64,000 bases of DNA from a virus. The translations under genes were made by a program, and so were the position numbers. The notes below the pieces were generated by a model that did not search any database, was not told where the DNA came from, and was given only the letters and a program-made list of their open reading frames with translations. Positions 10,220 to 20,331 of this stretch are shown here, piece after piece. The stretch lies in IMG/VR virus record IMGVR_UViG_3300048591_000348, positions 1-64,000 of that record; one strand, 5' to 3'. Within the stretch, counting starts at the first letter, position 1. Every line of letters begins with the position of its first letter.

Positions 10220-10617
10220 CAGTCTTGCCAGTCGACGACGCAGAAGAATGTGCCGATGCCCGCCGCCGCGTCATCCACGATCGTCATCACGACGGCCGTA
10301 TCCTTCGGGATGTCCGGCTGCACCATCAGCGCATTGAAGCCGCTGCTGCCTTCGGCGTTGTCGATGCGGACCGACTTCGGCGTGTCGAGTGCCAGCGCAC
10401 CCATAGCAAGCTCCTCGCCGTAAGCATCAGGATCCGACCCCGTGCCGATTGCGAGCGTGCAATCCGCCGTGAACGCCTCGGTCACGCCCTCGACGCCGTA
10501 ATCCCAAAGGCGTCCATTCTTGCCTTTCGGGCCTCGGATGGTGAAAGTCTCGTTGCCGTTGTTGCCGGCATCGAAGTAAAAATCGTACTTGATGCGGTTC
10601 GGGTTGTCGTAAGACAT
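10219..10617 (-). CDS. Putative capsid decoration protein
   Basis: Directly downstream of the major capsid gene; beta-rich, IGTGSDPDAY motif. Confidence 0.55.
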   Translation of the reverse strand: MSYDNPNRIKYDFYFDAGNNGNETFTIRGPKGKNGRLWDYGVEGVTEAFTADCTLAIGTGSDPDAYGEELAMGALALDTPKSVRIDNAEGSSGFNALMVQPDIPKDTAVVMTIVDDAAAGIGTFFCVVDWQD

Positions 10618-10703
10618 CGCGGGTTTCCTTGTCAGGCGGAGGGGAGAGTATCCGCGATGCTCGGCTTCAAGGCATCGCGGATTCGCTGTTGTGTTGACGC
10701 GGC

Positions 10704-11702
10704 TTACGCGGCGCTATCCCACTTCACGATGCGCGCCTGGCTGGCATCCGAGTGGAAGAGGCCGAAGCCGCCGAGGAAGTACCAGGCGATGCCGTTCGAT
10801 CGGCCGTAGTCGCCCGGCAGCTTGCCTCGGATCTCCTCCGGAATAACGATGGCCTCGTTGACCGTGTCGCCGCCCATAACGAACATCCACGACGACTTAC
10901 CATTATTCCAGGTGTCGGCCGTGCGGGTGTAGGGGTCGAACGTTGTCGAGTCGTTGGCGCCGCCCTTCGGAATGAAGGTCTGCTCAACGAAGCGGCACCC
11001 CTCATAGCGACCGACCTCGCCATTGTAGATGTCGGCCATGCCCTCGCCGGTGTACTGCTTCAGCGTCTCCAGATCGTTCTTGAACGGGCGATACGTGGTC
11101 GGATGGCTGATGGCAACGTAGTCATCATCCCGCGCGCCGGGGATGTTGCGCTCACGCATGTCATCAACGATCGCCTTGATGTGACCAACGCCCATCGCGA
11201 CGTTGTTGGTCGCAGCCGCGGCGCCGTTTTCCGTGATCGTGACCGACGAGGTCGACGTTCCCGACGTCGGGACGGCACGGAGCGGTGTGGCGTCGAACTG
11301 GTCGAAGCATTCGATGTCGAACGCCTTGCGCGCATCGTTCTTGAGCTGCTTGTTGACGATGGCGAGCACGTCGTGCTTCGCCAGCATCGTCACCTTGCCC
11401 GTGATCGGCACGGAGTTGCCGAACTCCGTAACAGTGAGAGATGCCTGCCTGACGGTGCCCGACGTCTCCGGCATGGGCTGCAACTCATTCAGGCGACGGC
11501 CCTGCGTCGACACGTCAGAGTAGACGTTCCAGAAGTGCTTCTCGCCGCGATGCAGGCCCTTTTCCATGGCACTGGGATCGGGCTCACAGAGCTGGCGAAA
11601 CCGCGTCATGGGCTGGAGGCTCATGCGCAGCGTGTCCGAGAGCTCGTCGGCATACATGTAGCCGCCGTCCTCATTGGTCTCCCACTTGACTGAAGTCGAC
11701 AT
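10704..11702 (-). CDS. Major capsid protein (N4 gp56-like HK97 fold)
   Basis: TEFGNSV, GEVGRYEGCRFVE, DYGRSNGIAWY; start MSTSVKW after AAGGAG; follows the scaffold gene. Confidence 0.88.
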   Translation of the reverse strand: MSTSVKWETNEDGGYMYADELSDTLRMSLQPMTRFRQLCEPDPSAMEKGLHRGEKHFWNVYSDVSTQGRRLNELQPMPETSGTVRQASLTVTEFGNSVPITGKVTMLAKHDVLAIVNKQLKNDARKAFDIECFDQFDATPLRAVPTSGTSTSSVTITENGAAAATNNVAMGVGHIKAIVDDMRERNIPGARDDDYVAISHPTTYRPFKNDLETLKQYTGEGMADIYNGEVGRYEGCRFVEQTFIPKGGANDSTTFDPYTRTADTWNNGKSSWMFVMGGDTVNEAIVIPEEIRGKLPGDYGRSNGIAWYFLGGFGLFHSDASQARIVKWDSAA

Positions 11703-11773
11703 TATTTTCTTTCTCCTTGCGGGGGGGGGGTAGTGGGCTGCTGCCGGTGGGCACCGCAGCACCGATCACAGCT

Positions 11774-12925
11774 TCAGCTTGCAAACCCTCGTTGACGTCG
11801 CATGTCCGCGACGACTTCGGCTCGGGTCTTCGGCTTCGGCTGAGATTGCTGATTGCGCACGCTCGCAGGGCGAGGCTGTGCGCCGAGTTGTCGCTTGCGG
11901 TCGACGCGCTGCTGGATCGTCGCCTGCTGGTCCTGGATTCGAGGCTGGCCTTTCGCCTGCAAAAGGGGTCTGAACTTGGTCGCGATCTCCGAGCCGACCT
12001 TGTCGAAGATCGCGCCGTAGCCACGCATCTGCCTGCCAGTGATCCTGGCCTGCTGGTGCATCTCCATGAGCTGGTCTGGCGTTGCCCTGGCGAGATCTTT
12101 TTCGGGGACGCCAGCCTTAACAAGATCCTCTCGCAATTCGGCATTGAGCCGGCGGATCGACGTATCGAGGAGATCGGGGTCATCGACGACGCCAGAGAAC
12201 TTCTCGCGGAATGACGTGGCCGCGGACGACAGCTCGCCGACGATGCGATCCCGCGCGATGTGCGACTGCACCACCTGGGCGACGTCGTCCGACTTGAGAC
12301 CGGCGTTCTGCTTGTTTGCGCCAATAAGCTCGATCAATTCCGCGAGCGCTTCCCGCCCTTCGGCCCGATCGCCGATCTGGATTCTCTCGACGATTTCCTC
12401 GAGGCGAGCATGGTCAACGGCCGGTGCGGCTGGCGCCTCTTCTGGATCGTCCTGGCCGTCGTCCTCCGCCGCCTCATTCGCGGGACGAGCGGCGCCGGAT
12501 CGAATTGATTTCACTTCCTCGACCAGCGTCCTCGCGGCCTCGATCAGGGCATTGCTTGCCTCGATCGAAGGATCGGGCTTTGCGGCGGCTGGAGGCGCCA
12601 CAGAGCGTGCGGCAGGAGCTTCCGCCTTTTGGGCGACGGGCGCATCATCGACGGGCTCGTCGGCGCCACGGTCGAGATCGTCGCTATCGTCGTCATCGGA
12701 ATCGGCCTTGCCCAATTGCTTGTCGCGGGCTTTCCGATACTGGAGGACGGCCCGCTCGCGAGCGCTGAGCGACGGCTCGGCCTCGTCTGACTCTGCGTCG
12801 GAATAGTCTTCAGCGCCCGCATTGATGTCGGGCGCGCCGGCATCCGCCTGATTAAGGTCGTCCTCGACCTCTGGCATAGTATCCGTTGCGGCGGCTTCGT
12901 CTCTAGCTAAGGTCTTGGTAATCAC
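11774..12925 (-). CDS. Capsid scaffolding protein
   Basis: Acidic helical protein, basic C-terminus (MRRQRG), between portal and capsid. Confidence 0.7.
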   Translation of the reverse strand: MITKTLARDEAAATDTMPEVEDDLNQADAGAPDINAGAEDYSDAESDEAEPSLSARERAVLQYRKARDKQLGKADSDDDDSDDLDRGADEPVDDAPVAQKAEAPAARSVAPPAAAKPDPSIEASNALIEAARTLVEEVKSIRSGAARPANEAAEDDGQDDPEEAPAAPAVDHARLEEIVERIQIGDRAEGREALAELIELIGANKQNAGLKSDDVAQVVQSHIARDRIVGELSSAATSFREKFSGVVDDPDLLDTSIRRLNAELREDLVKAGVPEKDLARATPDQLMEMHQQARITGRQMRGYGAIFDKVGSEIATKFRPLLQAKGQPRIQDQQATIQQRVDRKRQLGAQPRPASVRNQQSQPKPKTRAEVVADMRRQRGFAS

Positions 12926-13253
12926 GCGATGCCTCTTGGATCATTTGATCTGCGACTTCCGAGCTTTCGATCGCGCCCATCGCCCATGCGCGAACATGGA
13001 GATAAGAACTGATGATGTTCTGCTCCCGAAGGATGGCGATCGGATCTGTCGGCTCGATCGCCATCAACCTGGTTAGCGCCCCTATGGCGAGGTTGCGTTG
13101 CGATTGCACGTAGCGGGCGAACGTCGTGTTCTCGGTCAGGTCTATTTCGACTTGCACCCCTTCGGCGCGCGTTCTCTCGTAGTCGGCGCGCTCTTCCATC
13201 CGAGTGATGGCGTCGCTGTAAAATTCCTCTTCCTCTTCAAGTCCTGCGGGCAC
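12903..13253 (-). CDS. Hypothetical head-morphogenesis protein
   Basis: Small helical ORF after the portal gene. Confidence 0.55.
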   Translation of the reverse strand: MPAGLEEEEEFYSDAITRMEERADYERTRAEGVQVEIDLTENTTFARYVQSQRNLAIGALTRLMAIEPTDPIAILREQNIISSYLHVRAWAMGAIESSEVADQMIQEASRDYQDLS

Positions 13254-13257
13254 TGGT

Positions 13258-15669
13258 TCATCCCATCGTCGGAACAGCGGCAGACGGCTGCACAGCGGCG
13301 GCGCCACCTGCCGTCGTCTCTAGAGCTGTGACTTTCTGCGTGAGAACGCCGATATGACTGATCAACTGCTCTATAAGCTGGGCGATTCCTGGTTCTGTTT
13401 CCAGATTCGAAACATTGTTACCTGTCACTCCCTGCTGTTGATGTTGCCCAAGCTGCAACATTCTGTAGTGCTCCGCAGCTTCGGCGGCCGCCCCACGCAT
13501 CGGATTCACGGGGCTGGTGCGCACGCCGGTCAATCCTTTCGACAGGTCGTGCTGCGCCACGCGCCCCGTCCACTCGATCTCCGAAGATGTGATGGCCGCA
13601 TCGTTGTCTGCCGCCGACTGCCGCTCACCCGAGCGGATCGCCTCGAGTTTGATCTCGGCTTCACGGGCAAAGCGCTCTTTATCCGCCTCTATCTTGGCCA
13701 TGCGAGCCTCGAAATCTTTCATGACCTTGATCATCTCGGGCGGAGGCTCGGGCTGATCTGGCTCGCCGAACTCGAAGAAGCGACGCCCGTCGCGGAATCC
13801 GGCGGCCCCCATCACTTCTTCGATGATGCTTTCGACATTGATCGAGATGCCGCGGGCCTTGGCCTCCGGCAGAATCGGGGCCAGCATCTCGAAGGCGTAT
13901 TTCAGCTTTTGGAGCTTTTGAATCGGATCGATTGAGCCGATGCCGGCGTTGACGCGGATCGTGAGATCGCACTGCTCGAAGTCGTCGATGCTCGGCATGT
14001 ACTCATAGCGCAGCCACACCCGCGACTTTTGACCCGCAATGGCGAGGATCTTCTCGTCGGACTCGTAGTACCTCACGAGATGCGCGAGCTGCCGGATGAC
14101 GGGCTCGACCCAGGTTTCGATCCAGACGCGGAGATCGAACTCTGACACGGACGTGGCGGCCCGTGACATCAAATTCATGCCGCCCACTGTCTCATTCATC
14201 TGGCGGGACTGCTGGACGCTGGACGTCGAGAAGACGCCGGCCAACTCGTCGAAGTTGCTGTTGGCGATCGCCGTTTCCTGGAACGCCTGCCCGCTTGGGC
14301 CTGGCGTCGGCACGAGATCGACGTCGTCCATATCCTGGACCATAAGAATGGTTTCAGGCTGGCCACGGCGCTGGAGTGCCTGCAAATCGACTTGCTTGCC
14401 GCGCTTCGCTTTGACCAGCGGCGAGATCGAGCGCTTCAGAACATCGAGTCGCAGGTTCGTGATGTCATTAATCTCGAGCTGCAACGGCTGCCAGCTTTCA
14501 ACCGGCGACTGCGGGAACACGCGGTGTGTATCGAGCTGGGCCATACCCATCTGATACGGCCTCCCGCCGCCTTGCTCGGGGTAGGCGTCGATCGTCTCTC
14601 GGATCTCAGATATGACGGCGTATTGACCGACCGACCAGAAATGCCAGTCGCGGCCTGCGATGCGGACAAAGTTCTCCTGAATCCAGATGACATCGAGATC
14701 GCCGCCTGCGCGGGACGCATCCTCGAATCGATCCCCCCCGCCTTCACGGACTCGTCGAGCGCTGCTGCGATCCTGATCCAGGCGCCCCTTGCGCAGTGTG
14801 GCGTCGCTGACGTTCTGCTTCCAGATCGTCTCGCCGCGCTTGCCGGCACTCTTGAGCATCGCGCGGACGTCGGACAATCCCATGGGGATGCGAGCGGAGA
14901 ACCATCTCCCGTGCTGGACCGGCGAATACCATGGAGCGGCCGGATCGATCATCACGTTCTCGATCGGGTAGAGATCGATCATGGGGCGGTCTTTGGTAAT
15001 CCGCATGATCGGCTCGAATCGCTGAGTCATCATGATCTGACCGAGATCGTCGATCATTTCCGCGCCCGTTCGCGGATCGATCAGAGGCTCCTCGATTGTC
15101 CGATCCTGACCAGTGTCAACCTCCTCGTACTCCCAGAACTGCTTCGTAACGCAGACGCCGGTGAGCTGACTATCGAGACAGGCGCCCATCGCAATCATGA
15201 ACCACGGCACGCCGGTGCTTAGATTGGAGTTTTGAAGCCGGTGTTCCAGATCAGCCTTGATGACCGAGGCCGTGGCCCGCTGTTGGGGATCGTCTTCATG
15301 CGTCGCGGATATAGACGTCACGTCTTCAGTGGAGAACAGGGAGCCAGCGGCCGCAGCGAGGTTCTTTCGGACGGCTGAGCGAGTCTTGGGGACGAACAGG
15401 CGGGAGCGCCCGCGGAATGCCGGCTGATGGTACTTCGACTCTGCCGCGTGCGTATTCTGCCAGGCGCGGTAGGACCGGGCGAGGCTGGGCTCGACGGACT
15501 TGGTTTGGTACTCTCGGCTGATCGTCTCCGATCTCGATATGATTGCGAGCAAGTCTTGTTCGGACGGGATTGTGTATTCCTCGTCCGTCATGTTCGGCTC
15601 GGTCGGCGTGGCGCCGCCGTCCACTCCCGAGCGATCGGGCGGCTGGGGGTCGAAGCGGTCGTACGCCAT
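13258..15669 (-). CDS. Portal protein
   Basis: 803 aa, RSRLFVPKTR, NETVGGMNLM, coiled-coil barrel C-terminus, synteny. Confidence 0.88.
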   Translation of the reverse strand: MAYDRFDPQPPDRSGVDGGATPTEPNMTDEEYTIPSEQDLLAIISRSETISREYQTKSVEPSLARSYRAWQNTHAAESKYHQPAFRGRSRLFVPKTRSAVRKNLAAAAGSLFSTEDVTSISATHEDDPQQRATASVIKADLEHRLQNSNLSTGVPWFMIAMGACLDSQLTGVCVTKQFWEYEEVDTGQDRTIEEPLIDPRTGAEMIDDLGQIMMTQRFEPIMRITKDRPMIDLYPIENVMIDPAAPWYSPVQHGRWFSARIPMGLSDVRAMLKSAGKRGETIWKQNVSDATLRKGRLDQDRSSARRVREGGGDRFEDASRAGGDLDVIWIQENFVRIAGRDWHFWSVGQYAVISEIRETIDAYPEQGGGRPYQMGMAQLDTHRVFPQSPVESWQPLQLEINDITNLRLDVLKRSISPLVKAKRGKQVDLQALQRRGQPETILMVQDMDDVDLVPTPGPSGQAFQETAIANSNFDELAGVFSTSSVQQSRQMNETVGGMNLMSRAATSVSEFDLRVWIETWVEPVIRQLAHLVRYYESDEKILAIAGQKSRVWLRYEYMPSIDDFEQCDLTIRVNAGIGSIDPIQKLQKLKYAFEMLAPILPEAKARGISINVESIIEEVMGAAGFRDGRRFFEFGEPDQPEPPPEMIKVMKDFEARMAKIEADKERFAREAEIKLEAIRSGERQSAADNDAAITSSEIEWTGRVAQHDLSKGLTGVRTSPVNPMRGAAAEAAEHYRMLQLGQHQQQGVTGNNVSNLETEPGIAQLIEQLISHIGVLTQKVTALETTAGGAAAVQPSAAVPTMG

Positions 15670-15683
15670 TGTCGGATCCTCGT

Positions 15684-16106
15684 TCAGCTAGGCATGATGA
15701 TGCGCGGCCGATTCATCGGATTGGCGGCGCGAGCATGAAGGAAGTGGTCGAGACGGAAACCGGAGCGGGGGACGTTGTGGCGCTCGAGTAGCTCGCCCCC
15801 TGCGCGCACGACGCTGCGCAGTCCAGGATCGCTCTTGAGGCGATCGATGTGGAGCACAAAGCGTTGATTGCGCCTCATGATGATCGGCAGGGAGATGAAG
15901 GCGACGCCCTGCGCGTGACTGACCTCTACCATCCAGGGATGGGACGGATAGTGCCGCTCCAGAATCTCGGCGATCTGTTTGGTCAGCGCGAGGTCGTAGG
16001 CGACGTGCGGATCGTGATTGCCGTCGGACCCGGTCGCGTCATACTCGACGGTTCGCCGTGTGAAGCCGTTGATCTTCCGGCTCTGGATAGTGTAGTTGGC
16101 GTGCAT
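15684..16106 (-). CDS. Hypothetical protein
   Basis: LERHYPSHPW..VVRAGGELLER; immediately upstream of the portal. Confidence 0.65.
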   Translation of the reverse strand: MHANYTIQSRKINGFTRRTVEYDATGSDGNHDPHVAYDLALTKQIAEILERHYPSHPWMVEVSHAQGVAFISLPIIMRRNQRFVLHIDRLKSDPGLRSVVRAGGELLERHNVPRSGFRLDHFLHARAANPMNRPRIIMPS

Positions 16107-16118
16107 TGACCTTTCCCC

Positions 16119-16154
16119 AAAAAGAAACGGCCCGAGAACGATGTGCTCGGGCCG
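16119..16154 (-). terminator. Rho-independent terminator
   Basis: CGGCCCGAG-loop-CTCGGGCCG followed by TTTCTTTTT. Confidence 0.65.
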
Positions 16155-16181
16155 ATCAACGTCAACGATGTCGAACGTGCG

Positions 16182-16742
16182 TTAGGAAGTTGCGGCCGGC
16201 GACGCGACGTTGCCGGTGTGAAGCAGATGGCCGCTGATGGCCCACTGCGTGTTGGAGATCGCCGTAAGACGGAAGAACCCGCCCGCCAGCCAGCCGTCCG
16301 TTACGGCGTTCATGTCAATCGCCACATGCGATGATCCGTTGAACGCTGCCGCGGTTGTCGTCAGTCCGGTATCGCCATCGTCCATCAGGATGCTGCCGAC
16401 GATGTAGTCGCCAGACACGCATTCAACGCGATGTCCGACCGACGTCGGCGTTCCCGCGATGATGAAGTCGAACGTCAGCCCTGCCTCAGCGGCGGGGAGC
16501 GTGAACTTTGCGCCGTCGGCCTTGTCGAAGACGCAAAGCGCCCCGCTCTGTGCCGCCGTGAGAACAACCGCGGCTCCGTCGGCGACGATGCTACGGCGCT
16601 GCTGCGCCTGACCACTGGCATTCGCGAGAACGGTCGAGTAGCCGCCATTGACGAGCTTGACTTCGCCTGCTCCCGGATCGTGCTCGATCCAGGAGGATCG
16701 ATCGGATGCGAGCCAGATTTTGTTAGGGCCTTTGAACGACAT
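16182..16742 (-). CDS. Virion structural protein (head fibre/decoration-like)
   Basis: LTAAQSG...FTLPAAEAGLTFDF beta motif. Confidence 0.55.
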   Translation of the reverse strand: MSFKGPNKIWLASDRSSWIEHDPGAGEVKLVNGGYSTVLANASGQAQQRRSIVADGAAVVLTAAQSGALCVFDKADGAKFTLPAAEAGLTFDFIIAGTPTSVGHRVECVSGDYIVGSILMDDGDTGLTTTAAAFNGSSHVAIDMNAVTDGWLAGGFFRLTAISNTQWAISGHLLHTGNVASPAATS

Positions 16743-16811
16743 AGGGGATTCCTTCAGTCCTGTTGCTTCTCATTTGTAGACCGACGCAGAACACCCCTTG
16801 AATACCCGAAT

Positions 16812-16829
16812 GTTGCGATTTTAGCAACG
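16812..16829. promoter_or_regulatory. Operator family A copy (TGTTKC-N7-GSAAC)
   Basis: TGTTGC GATTTTA GCAACG. Confidence 0.55.
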
Positions 16830-16832
16830 ACG

Positions 16833-17228
16833 CTACCGGGCGACGATCTTCCCGCCCTGATCGTAGACGTGCGTAACGAAACTCAGCCCCGCGGCCGACC
16901 GGCCCTCTCGCCAGCGGTCTATAACCGCGTCGATCTCTTTGTCGGAGAGATCGATCAGCCGCATGTCGAACGGCTTCCTGTGATCCGGGATCGGCCGGAT
17001 GACAGGATTTTTCCTGCTCCCGACGGCCTCACTCGCCTTGTGCGGCATCTGGCCGAATACAATGCCTTCGTAGCGTTCGCTCGTGGAATGCACGAGCATG
17101 AATTGAGTGCTTCGATCGCCAGAAATGATCAGTTGCAGCCCCGCCATTCGCCCGGAGACTCGATCCCACTGGGCGATCTTCCTCGCCCTGAATTGCGCGA
17201 TCTTGTCCGGATCGCCGTCGATCAACAT
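16833..17228 (-). CDS. Hypothetical protein
   Basis: ORF in the operon. Confidence 0.5.
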   Translation of the reverse strand: MLIDGDPDKIAQFRARKIAQWDRVSGRMAGLQLIISGDRSTQFMLVHSTSERYEGIVFGQMPHKASEAVGSRKNPVIRPIPDHRKPFDMRLIDLSDKEIDAVIDRWREGRSAAGLSFVTHVYDQGGKIVAR

Positions 17229-17241
17229 CTGAGCGTGCCGC

Positions 17242-17733
17242 CTACGGCCAGGCGATGGCCGGCAATTCGCCGATCAGATCGGCAATGCTCGGCTGTGTGC
17301 GCTGGCCATCCTGGACGGCCGCCAACTGCGCGTAGGCATACGTCCAGACGGCATCGCGCCAAGCACAGAATGCTGCGGCATCGGCTTGCCAAGCTGGAAT
17401 AGTTGAGCCAACATATGATGCGCAAGTGGCAGCGTCGTTATAGCTGCGGCTCTTCACTGTAGATTCGACGTGCGCTTGAATTGCAGCGCCGTAGTCGGCC
17501 TCAGTCAGCGGGGGAATCTCGGGGATCACCTCCACGCGGCTGCCGCCCTGCCAGCGAAAGCGCCCCGGAAACTCGCAGAATGCTGCGTGATGTTCTGGGG
17601 AGATTTCAATCGCCTGGGCGGGAATTGCCGGGTGCCTCCCCGCCTCGCCAGGTGGATAAATGACATCATTCCAGAACCCGGTCGGATTGCCGACATCGTC
17701 AAAGAGCGCATAGATTTGCATGTTAGTACCCAT
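17242..17733 (-). CDS. Tail fibre assembly chaperone
   Basis: SRSYND...SYVGS..WQADA.AF.AWRDAVW...ELPAIAWP; follows the fibre gene. Confidence 0.8.
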   Translation of the reverse strand: MGTNMQIYALFDDVGNPTGFWNDVIYPPGEAGRHPAIPAQAIEISPEHHAAFCEFPGRFRWQGGSRVEVIPEIPPLTEADYGAAIQAHVESTVKSRSYNDAATCASYVGSTIPAWQADAAAFCAWRDAVWTYAYAQLAAVQDGQRTQPSIADLIGELPAIAWP

Positions 17734-19372
17734 TTGCCACCCACATCACCCTGAAATTGTTGCTTATTATTGAGGTCTGGATAGTGAATCCGCTTGTGGT
17801 TTGCGAGTAAATATCCACGCGACTACTCACTGATGCGTCTCCATTGCAAACTACAGGGACACCTTTCGTCGGAAACGCGACGGGATACGAAACTGATGCG
17901 CGCCCGCTGCCGTCTGTCGTCACCAGGCTGTTGCCGAATTGAAGTATGTGGCCATTCGGGAACGAGGACCACTCAGTCGCTCCGGAGCCACTACGATTGC
18001 CCTTATAATAATAATCAAGCTCACCTTTTGACATATAGCATAGGAACCACGCCCCCCATGAACCGCTTTGGCGAATGCGACGCCACAGCTTAGTGTCTGA
18101 GGACGACGCCGTACTGAATTGGTGTAGCGTCTGCGTCACCCAGTCGGGATGTTGCGCCTCGACAGATCCAATCCACCAGCCCGCCCCAGGGCCATTGGTG
18201 GCATCCTCTGCTGTGTACCAGCCGGTCGATGTCGCGCTATTCCAATCCGTGATAGTAGGGTCGAACACACCCAAGTTCCTGCGCGCTAGAGCGATGTCAT
18301 CCACGTCCGATAGATTGTTCGCGCCCAGCATGTCGCCGGCTCCGGCCGGGGCGGCCCAAGTCCCGTCGGACTTAAGATACTTGTTCGCAGCTGCATCTCC
18401 AGCGGTCGGAGCGGGGACCAACCCTTTAGTGCCCCCCGAACCGGTATCGCCTACGAACGCACTGAGGAGTGCCGTTTGCGCGCCAGCATTGGCAGCACCG
18501 ACGATGCTCCTTCCCGCCGCCGTGAAATCTGCGGTCGAGAACGTGTCAGAACCTGTCGCATAGATGACCTTGTCCGCGGCCGTCGATACGCCAGCAAGAG
18601 CCGTCAGCGTGGCATCGATGGGCTGGAATGCAGCGTTGGCCGCAGCTATTGAATAGAAGTCGGTGCCTGCTTCGAGATCGAGCAGCGTCCGCATAGCAGC
18701 GTAGTTCGCCGCCGTGACTAGAGAGACACCATTTGCGGATGCGCCTGCCAGTGAGCTTAATGTCGAACTGTAAGCCTGGACTACGCTGCCGATCCCGGAT
18801 GCCATCACGGCGCCGGCAGCGGCGACGTTGGTAGCATCAGTGACGTCGGCACCGTCTTCAATGTTGAGGAGCCCCCGAATAGCTGCATAGTTGGCAGCAG
18901 CGACGAGAGACTTTCCGTTCTCGCTCGGATTGACTGCCGCCCATTCATCGAGATTGGCCGCGTAGGCTTGAACGTCCGCGCCGATCTCGATGCCGAGGTT
19001 GTCCCTTGCCTGTGACGCGTCCTGCACGTCGGATAAGTTGTTAATCGCGGCGAGGCCGCCAAGGGGGATCGCCAGCGGTCCCGATACGTAATTGCTCCCA
19101 TCAAAGTAGATGACGTCGTGCTGATGCGGCGTTTGGATTTGAGAGATGTCGCGAAGATAGGGATGCAATCTCCCTAGCGGCAGCGTGCCGGCCGAAAGAT
19201 CCGATGCCGATCCTGACGAGGCGACGCTTGCGAGCTGAGACGCGATGTAATCCCGGATCGCTTCCCGCGAGAATGCACTCGGCCGCACGTCGCTCGCATG
19301 CTTCCCGCCAACCAGCCACGCTCCAGCCGGGAACACATCCTGCTGGACTTCATCGCTTAGTTCGATGCCCAC
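17723..19372 (-). CDS. Tail fibre / receptor-binding protein
   Basis: NNLSDV..ARxNLG repeats, DATLTALAG, GLVPAP..YLKSDGTW, knob-like segment, FPNGHILQFG...YPVAFP C-terminal domain. Confidence 0.88.
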   Translation of the reverse strand: MGIELSDEVQQDVFPAGAWLVGGKHASDVRPSAFSREAIRDYIASQLASVASSGSASDLSAGTLPLGRLHPYLRDISQIQTPHQHDVIYFDGSNYVSGPLAIPLGGLAAINNLSDVQDASQARDNLGIEIGADVQAYAANLDEWAAVNPSENGKSLVAAANYAAIRGLLNIEDGADVTDATNVAAAGAVMASGIGSVVQAYSSTLSSLAGASANGVSLVTAANYAAMRTLLDLEAGTDFYSIAAANAAFQPIDATLTALAGVSTAADKVIYATGSDTFSTADFTAAGRSIVGAANAGAQTALLSAFVGDTGSGGTKGLVPAPTAGDAAANKYLKSDGTWAAPAGAGDMLGANNLSDVDDIALARRNLGVFDPTITDWNSATSTGWYTAEDATNGPGAGWWIGSVEAQHPDWVTQTLHQFSTASSSDTKLWRRIRQSGSWGAWFLCYMSKGELDYYYKGNRSGSGATEWSSFPNGHILQFGNSLVTTDGSGRASVSYPVAFPTKGVPVVCNGDASVSSRVDIYSQTTSGFTIQTSIISNNFRVMWVANGY

Positions 19373-19375
19373 CGA

Positions 19376-19651
19376 TCAGCCCTCGCTCCAGATGATAGGT
19401 TGCCCGTTCCAGTCGAGTGGGATGCCGTGCCACGTCAGCCCGTTCACATGGACCGTTTCCGGCGCATAGACTGATCGGCGCTTGTAATGCCCCTTGAACA
19501 CTCGCCGATGTCCCTCGTGCGTGCGATCGTCCTCGCCGCCGCTCGGCCCATCAAACTGATATTCGGTGACGTATTCCGACTCTATCGTGTGGCTCGGATT
19601 CGACCGCACCACGAGATCGATCCAGGAATATTCGCGGACTTGCGTTGCCAT
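19376..19651 (-). CDS. Hypothetical protein
   Basis: MATQVREY start; LTWHGIPLDWNG C-terminus. Confidence 0.55.
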   Translation of the reverse strand: MATQVREYSWIDLVVRSNPSHTIESEYVTEYQFDGPSGGEDDRTHEGHRRVFKGHYKRRSVYAPETVHVNGLTWHGIPLDWNGQPIIWSEG

Positions 19652-19658
19652 GGCTGGC

Positions 19659-19964
19659 CTACCCCTCTTGATCGATATCGATCGGCGGATTGCGGGACGA
19701 CAGAGCGGCGGAGACGGCATCCGGATCGACGGGCTCGGCATCAACCGAGCGCCGGATCAGGTTGGCGCTCTTGATCGTGGCCGGACGGACGATCGTTATT
19801 CCGTGGCGCGACGTGACTTCAAGCACTGGATTCTGCGGCCAGCCGAGATCGATCTCTGTCACGGGCGTCGCGCTCCAGTCGACGGCGTCGAGCGCCGCGC
19901 GATGGGCATCGACGAATTGAGCGGGGAGCTTGTATGTGACTGAGATTGAGGATCGTCGCATCAT
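19659..19964 (-). CDS. Hypothetical protein
   Basis: ATGA overlap with the upstream gene. Confidence 0.45.
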   Translation of the reverse strand: MMRRSSISVTYKLPAQFVDAHRAALDAVDWSATPVTEIDLGWPQNPVLEVTSRHGITIVRPATIKSANLIRRSVDAEPVDPDAVSAALSSRNPPIDIDQEG

Positions 19965-20296
19965 GCGCCTTTGAATTTTTGTGTCTTGCCGCAGTTTATG
20001 CAGTAGACGCGCCTGTTCGTGATGCAAAATACTTGGCACCGGCACTCGCATGTCCAGTGGTTCTCGTCGAAAAACGCGGGCGGCTCGGTGAGCGCCCCGC
20101 GCTGAGACCCGCACTTCGGGCACTCGAGTCCAGTCGTCCATGTCGGCGCCGAGCCGTGCCACTCGTGATCGCAGTTGAGGCAGCGCACCCGCCCCTGGAT
20201 GTGCTCGTCCGCGGGGACCGCGTCCGGCACCAGTGCCGCATCCAGCATGCGCTTCTGCCGGACGACGGGGAGCAGAATGACGTCACCCATAGGCAT
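19961..20296 (-). CDS. Zinc-ribbon protein
   Basis: CLNC, CPKC, CEC, CINC. Confidence 0.6.
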   Translation of the reverse strand: MPMGDVILLPVVRQKRMLDAALVPDAVPADEHIQGRVRCLNCDHEWHGSAPTWTTGLECPKCGSQRGALTEPPAFFDENHWTCECRCQVFCITNRRVYCINCGKTQKFKGA

Positions 20297-20331
20297 TCTC
20301 CTTGGCGACTACAGCCTCGATCTGGCGATAT

